Positions 59,577-64,000 of a stretch of 64,000 nucleotides of DNA are shown piece after piece (the stretch's first letter is position 1; each line of letters opens with the position of its first letter). A model generated the notes under the pieces. The model worked only from the letters and a program-made list of their open reading frames with translations. It was not told where the DNA came from and did not search any database. This DNA comes from Candidatus Poribacteria bacterium. Lineage in GTDB: Bacteria > Poribacteria > WGA-4E > PCPOR2b. The stretch is from the NCBI GenBank assembly GCA_965208325.1, contig OZ242326.1:1216001-1280000 (forward strand), read 5' to 3'. The position numbers were made by a program, and so were the translations under genes.

Positions 59577-61838
59577 TCATTCCGATAGCATCTTCTGCAT
59601 CTCATTGATCTGTTGACGCGCATAGGCGACAACGACGCTTTCCGGATGACTATCTATCAACGTAGAATACATTTGCATCGCTTTTCTAACGTCCCCTAGT
59701 CGCCAGCGATAGATATCGGCAATCTTAGACTGTGCTTCCGGCGCGCGTGGACTCTCGAAATTGACAACCTGATGATACGCATCGATCGCGCTAGTGTGGT
59801 CACCTTGATTCAGATAAATATCTCCGAATAACAGCCTCAACTCATCAATGATTAGCGCATGAGGGTATAAGTCGATCGTTTCTGCACCTTGCTTTAATGC
59901 GTCATCCGTTTGCCCTTTCAGGTATGCATGCAATGTTTTGACGTAACGCTTGAGTGGTTCGCGGTTAAAATCTGAATTGGAGTTGATTAGGACGATTCGA
60001 TCCAGAGCGTCATTGCTCGCGGGATGGAACGCGGCAATTTCCAACACGGTATGGTACGCCGTAACTGCATCCTCAAAGCGTTCCTGAAGGAGTAATGAAT
60101 CTCCAATTAACTTTTGGGCTTCAGCTTTAAATTTGCCATGTCCTCCAGCCATTGGGCGCAGTACATTCTGAGCCAGATTGTGCTGACCTTGTAGAATTTG
60201 GCATTCTGCCAAACGCAGTTGAACTTCCGTCTCTTGTGCAGATGTCAATGGTTGACTCATTAACGATTGGTAAGTTTTCATCGCCGCCGCAACATCACGG
60301 ATGCCATGTAACCATACATGTCCCAAGAGGAGCAGCGTGTTTACATCCTCGTGCCGCTGCGCCATCTGGTTCAAAACCGCTAGTGCATCCTGCCAGCGTG
60401 CCATCGTTACGTAAATCCGCGCCAACTTCATCTTTGCGGTCCAAGCCATAACGCTATCCGGAAAAAGCGAGATGATTTTTTCGTAATAATCAACGGCTTT
60501 AGGATGCTTTTGCCGTTCCAAAATGTGCGCATATTTCTCCAAGTATCGACCGCGATCCGGCGGATAAACCTGATGAATTCGGGAAAAACTCTCAAGCGCT
60601 AAATCCAAATTCCTTTGATGAAAGTAAATTTCGCCCAATGCCAAAACGAGCTTCGGATTCTGAGGACTTTTCCGGCGTTCGGTTTTTAGGCGTGCAGCAA
60701 TCTTCGCAAATAAGCGATCCTGTTGCTCTCCTTCATAAATTTCGGCGATGTTCTCAATGAGTCTGTCACGACTGCTATACCCAATATCAACCGCATTCAA
60801 CGCCCGTAGATAGGTGTTGATTGCGTTTTCGATTTGACCCTGAATTTTGTAAACATCAGCAAGCTTAGTATAGAGGGAAACGCTTGTTGTATCGCGTATC
60901 AGTGCAGTCTGATATACTTCAATCGCCTCATCATACATCTGATTAGAAACATAGATTTCACCTAGTTGTTGGTATCGGTGTGGTTGAATTGAACCATTCT
61001 CGATGATTTTCGACCACTCGTGAACGGCTTGATTACGTTCGCCGCGCTCCGCGTGTAATTCACCAATTTTTTTTAAGAGATTAATATCGTTCGGATTGTG
61101 CTCAAGCGCCGCATGGTAAAGGCTAAACGCCTCACTATGTTTACCCTGTTGTTTATATAGGTCTGCCAGTTGCTCCATCAAGTCTGTATCGCCGGAATTT
61201 TGGCGGAGATAATCTTGAAGTAATTCGTGTGCCTCGTCGTGCCGGTCTCTCACGAGGTATAGCCGAACGAGGCTGTGCAGCGCGCTGACATGGTAAACAG
61301 AATTCGGATAATCATTCAAAAACCCGCGGTAATTCTGAATTGCCTTATCGACCATGCCGCCGGAGTTCAAATACTGTGCGATTAAGTAGCGCGCAATTTC
61401 TGCTGCGTGAGATTTCGGATATTTCTGTACGAGGTCATTGCACGATCGAATTGCATCATTGTATTGATACCTCTGGATATAGAGATTTCCTATTTGGTGG
61501 ACCGCCTGGCTCGCGTATGAACCGCTTGGATTATCATCAATAATGGCGCGGAAAGTTTGGGCGGCAAGCGCATCTTCGCCGAGATGTACATAGCAGCGTC
61601 CCATATTTATGCGGATTGCATCTCTCGTATTCGGACGAAGTGGTGTTTTCAAAAGGGGCTTATAAGCCGCAATCGCCTCTGAATATTTCCGAATGTAGAA
61701 GAGGTCATGGGCAGACTGGACAGCCTCGACATCTTCCTGCACATCTTGGTTTTGGGCAGAGACGGCCAGTGGCATTAACACAGTAAAAATAAATTGGGCA
61801 CAAATCAACAATTTTGCAATCAAGAAAATTCTCCTCAA
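59577..61838 (-). CDS. Exported tetratricopeptide-repeat protein
   Basis: Signal peptide; many TPR and BamD/CpoB-like units (YP.S, LADVY, LGEIY). Confidence 0.85.
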   Translation of the reverse strand: MRRIFLIAKLLICAQFIFTVLMPLAVSAQNQDVQEDVEAVQSAHDLFYIRKYSEAIAAYKPLLKTPLRPNTRDAIRINMGRCYVHLGEDALAAQTFRAIIDDNPSGSYASQAVHQIGNLYIQRYQYNDAIRSCNDLVQKYPKSHAAEIARYLIAQYLNSGGMVDKAIQNYRGFLNDYPNSVYHVSALHSLVRLYLVRDRHDEAHELLQDYLRQNSGDTDLMEQLADLYKQQGKHSEAFSLYHAALEHNPNDINLLKKIGELHAERGERNQAVHEWSKIIENGSIQPHRYQQLGEIYVSNQMYDEAIEVYQTALIRDTTSVSLYTKLADVYKIQGQIENAINTYLRALNAVDIGYSSRDRLIENIAEIYEGEQQDRLFAKIAARLKTERRKSPQNPKLVLALGEIYFHQRNLDLALESFSRIHQVYPPDRGRYLEKYAHILERQKHPKAVDYYEKIISLFPDSVMAWTAKMKLARIYVTMARWQDALAVLNQMAQRHEDVNTLLLLGHVWLHGIRDVAAAMKTYQSLMSQPLTSAQETEVQLRLAECQILQGQHNLAQNVLRPMAGGHGKFKAEAQKLIGDSLLLQERFEDAVTAYHTVLEIAAFHPASNDALDRIVLINSNSDFNREPLKRYVKTLHAYLKGQTDDALKQGAETIDLYPHALIIDELRLLFGDIYLNQGDHTSAIDAYHQVVNFESPRAPEAQSKIADIYRWRLGDVRKAMQMYSTLIDSHPESVVVAYARQQINEMQKMLSE

Positions 61839-61930
61839 CGCGGCGTTTACCCTCGGTCATTGGATTCGATTGCAGGGTTAGCCGGGTGAGACACGTCCGC
61901 TGTGAAATTTTCAGCTGCGAATGCGATGTT

Positions 61931-62887
61931 TCATGTACGGGGCAACAACTTCAAAACCATCACTTCTAGTGCCAACGTGCTGTTGACGTTACGTTTAAGC
62001 AATTCCCTGGTTTCAAAAACTGTTTTAATAGCTGTTTGCAGTTTCAACCGTGAATATCGGGACGTCAGTTGCTGCAGACGCTGCGCATGAAAGATATGAG
62101 TCAGTGAATCCACCGGGGCGCCTTGGTGCAACAGTAACAAATCTCGATACCAAGATACAAGTTTTTCAAGCGCATCCGGATCCCGATTGAACTTCTCGGC
62201 TATGCGAAAAGCCGCCAATCGGTCGCTAGACTCTATAATCTCCGGGATTTCCTCATAAGAAATATCTTCTTTTTCTCTCAATCGGGTCAACGCATTTCCA
62301 ACTGCGCCGCGTGATAACGAGGCGATGTGAAAAGCTTTGTGTTCCTCAAGGTTGAATTGTCGCACAAGGTACTCAGAAAGTTCAGGAATGGTAAGCAGGT
62401 GAAAGTCAATAATCTGGCACCGGGATCGAATCGTAGGCAATAACGCATCTAAATTCGAAGTAATCAACACTAACACCGATGCCGCTGGCGGTTCTTCTAA
62501 AGTTTTGAGTAGGCAATTCGCCGCCTCCAGATTCATGCAATCTACTTCATTCAGTATATATACTTTTCGATTCCCCTCAAGCGGCCGGTAGACAATCCGT
62601 TTTTGCAATTCGCGAATCTGATCTATTTTCATCCATGCGCCCAATGGATTTATTATCTGCATATCCGGATGGTTTCCGTTATCGATTTTGCGACAAGACA
62701 AACAGGAGTTGCACGGCCCCTGTTCCAACGCCGTGCAGTTAATTGACTTCGCAAAGTACAGGGCGACGGTTTCTTTGCCGACATTTGCGGGTCCTGCGAA
62801 CAGATATGCTCCTGCCACACGATTCGATTCAATGGCATGGAGCAGTTGTTCTATTATTTGTTCGTGGCCAATGATAGGTGACCGCAT
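61931..62887 (-). CDS. holB: DNA polymerase III subunit delta-prime
   Basis: IIGHE, AYLFAGP, CNSCLSC, NHPD, AANCLLKTLEEP, TIRSRC; downstream of tmk. Confidence 0.95.
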   Translation of the reverse strand: MRSPIIGHEQIIEQLLHAIESNRVAGAYLFAGPANVGKETVALYFAKSINCTALEQGPCNSCLSCRKIDNGNHPDMQIINPLGAWMKIDQIRELQKRIVYRPLEGNRKVYILNEVDCMNLEAANCLLKTLEEPPAASVLVLITSNLDALLPTIRSRCQIIDFHLLTIPELSEYLVRQFNLEEHKAFHIASLSRGAVGNALTRLREKEDISYEEIPEIIESSDRLAAFRIAEKFNRDPDALEKLVSWYRDLLLLHQGAPVDSLTHIFHAQRLQQLTSRYSRLKLQTAIKTVFETRELLKRNVNSTLALEVMVLKLLPRT

Positions 62888-62913
62888 AGGCGGTGAATCA
62901 ATGGAACGAAATC

Positions 62914-63567
62914 TTACAGTTTACGTTCCACTCCCTTCGTTCGCAATAAGTCGTCTACTTCCGACTTAATCAATTCATGTATGCTATCCACGTTTGCTTC
63001 GGCATCAATTATGGTAATGCGATCAGGCTCTTGACTTGCGATCGCAAGATAGGCTTCGCGGATTCGATTGTGAGATTCGAAATCCTCTAAATCCAAACGA
63101 TTCATCGCACTCCTTCTCTGCTGCACACGTTTTAAGCCGATTTCTACCGGCAAATCTAACACAAAGGTGCGTTCCGGTGACAAGCCGTGTGCCGCGATAC
63201 GATTTAGCTTATGAATCAGATTCAAATCCAATCCGCACCGATAGCCTTGGTAAACGACCGTTGCGTCCGAGTATCGATCGGAGATAACAATCTTCCCACC
63301 ATCCAATGCGGGTAAAATAACCTCGGACACATGTTGCGCCCGCGCCGCGGCAATCAATAGCAACTCCGTCGTTGATTCCATTTCGTTGTGATTGGGATTC
63401 AAGAAGATGCCGCGAATTTCCTCCGATATGGGTGTCCCGCCCGGTTCACGTGTAACGCACACGGCATAGCCCGCTTGACTGAGAACCGCGGACAGCCGTT
63501 GAATTTGCGTCGTTTTTCCTGAACCTTCTATACCCTCAAAAGTAATTAACAAACCGTCTTTTACCAC
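62914..63567 (-). CDS. tmk: Thymidylate kinase (canonical)
   Basis: FEGIEGSGKTTQ, TREPGGT, AARAQH, SDRY, YQG; classic tmk-holB order. Confidence 0.96.
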   Translation of the reverse strand: MVKDGLLITFEGIEGSGKTTQIQRLSAVLSQAGYAVCVTREPGGTPISEEIRGIFLNPNHNEMESTTELLLIAAARAQHVSEVILPALDGGKIVISDRYSDATVVYQGYRCGLDLNLIHKLNRIAAHGLSPERTFVLDLPVEIGLKRVQQRRSAMNRLDLEDFESHNRIREAYLAIASQEPDRITIIDAEANVDSIHELIKSEVDDLLRTKGVERKL

Positions 63568-64000
63568 AGTTCACCTTAAATTTCTTGACTCATGTGAAAG
63601 CGTAGGAATTGCCACTAGTAAGCATCTTCACCAAGAAAAGTAGAAATGCGAAATTTTACTGAGCATACCCTTGGCAAATTTGACGGCGAGATTGGTCTGA
63701 AATTATTCTAAATCTACCCTGTGGCAGCGATTATCTGAAATCCTCCCGAACTTCCGCGCTAAAACTCGGCGCAGCATAATGGTAGGCAGATAGTCGCTAT
63801 AGGTGCGTGTAGCGTGCTGGCACTGGTGAAGACCTAGTTGGCAAATCGGTTTTGCAGGTTTATAACTGTACCGATTTCTGAATTTCAGAATAGCGTTGGT
63901 TGATTTCTGCGGGGGTCAGGGAGCGTTGTCGGTTTAGACTGAAATCCTCAACGTTGAATGAGGCGATGACCGTCCCGTATATTATGGCTTTGCGAATAGT

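Noticed and set aside
63568..64000. Structured ncRNA upstream of tmk
   Set aside because: Only short hairpins (for example CCTCA/TGAGG); no tRNA, SRP, tmRNA or riboswitch signature recognised, and the window ends here.

Overview
Bacterial chromosomal window of about 50% GC (estimated by eye). It is probably Candidatus Poribacteria or a relative; this is an inference from three PhyH-type dioxygenases, two ASPIC/UnbV FG-GAP proteins and a LamG protein ending in AVAPNHKLATSWGNIK. Housekeeping genes: gpmI, a stand-alone fusA paralogue, aroC, a ROK kinase, leuS, rnj, holB and tmk. Accessory content: a tandem pair of thymidylate-kinase-like genes in addition to the true tmk; three tandem paralogues of a membrane-anchored 7/11-residue-repeat coiled-coil protein at an exact 599-bp period; an ECF sigma / putative anti-sigma / catalytically degenerate M1-peptidase-like cluster behind a long structured non-coding region; a dispersed GTAG-type REP-like repeat family; and a 15-kb type II secretion-like cluster (gspE-F-G-H-I-J-K, PilMN-like, PilO/GspM-like, GspC-like, very long secretin). 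In that cluster both GspK and the PilO/GspM-like protein carry ComEA-like helix-hairpin-helix modules, which makes it the best candidate for an undescribed system. No rRNA, tRNA, CRISPR array or transposase was recognised. All calls come from reading motifs by eye; no database searches were run.
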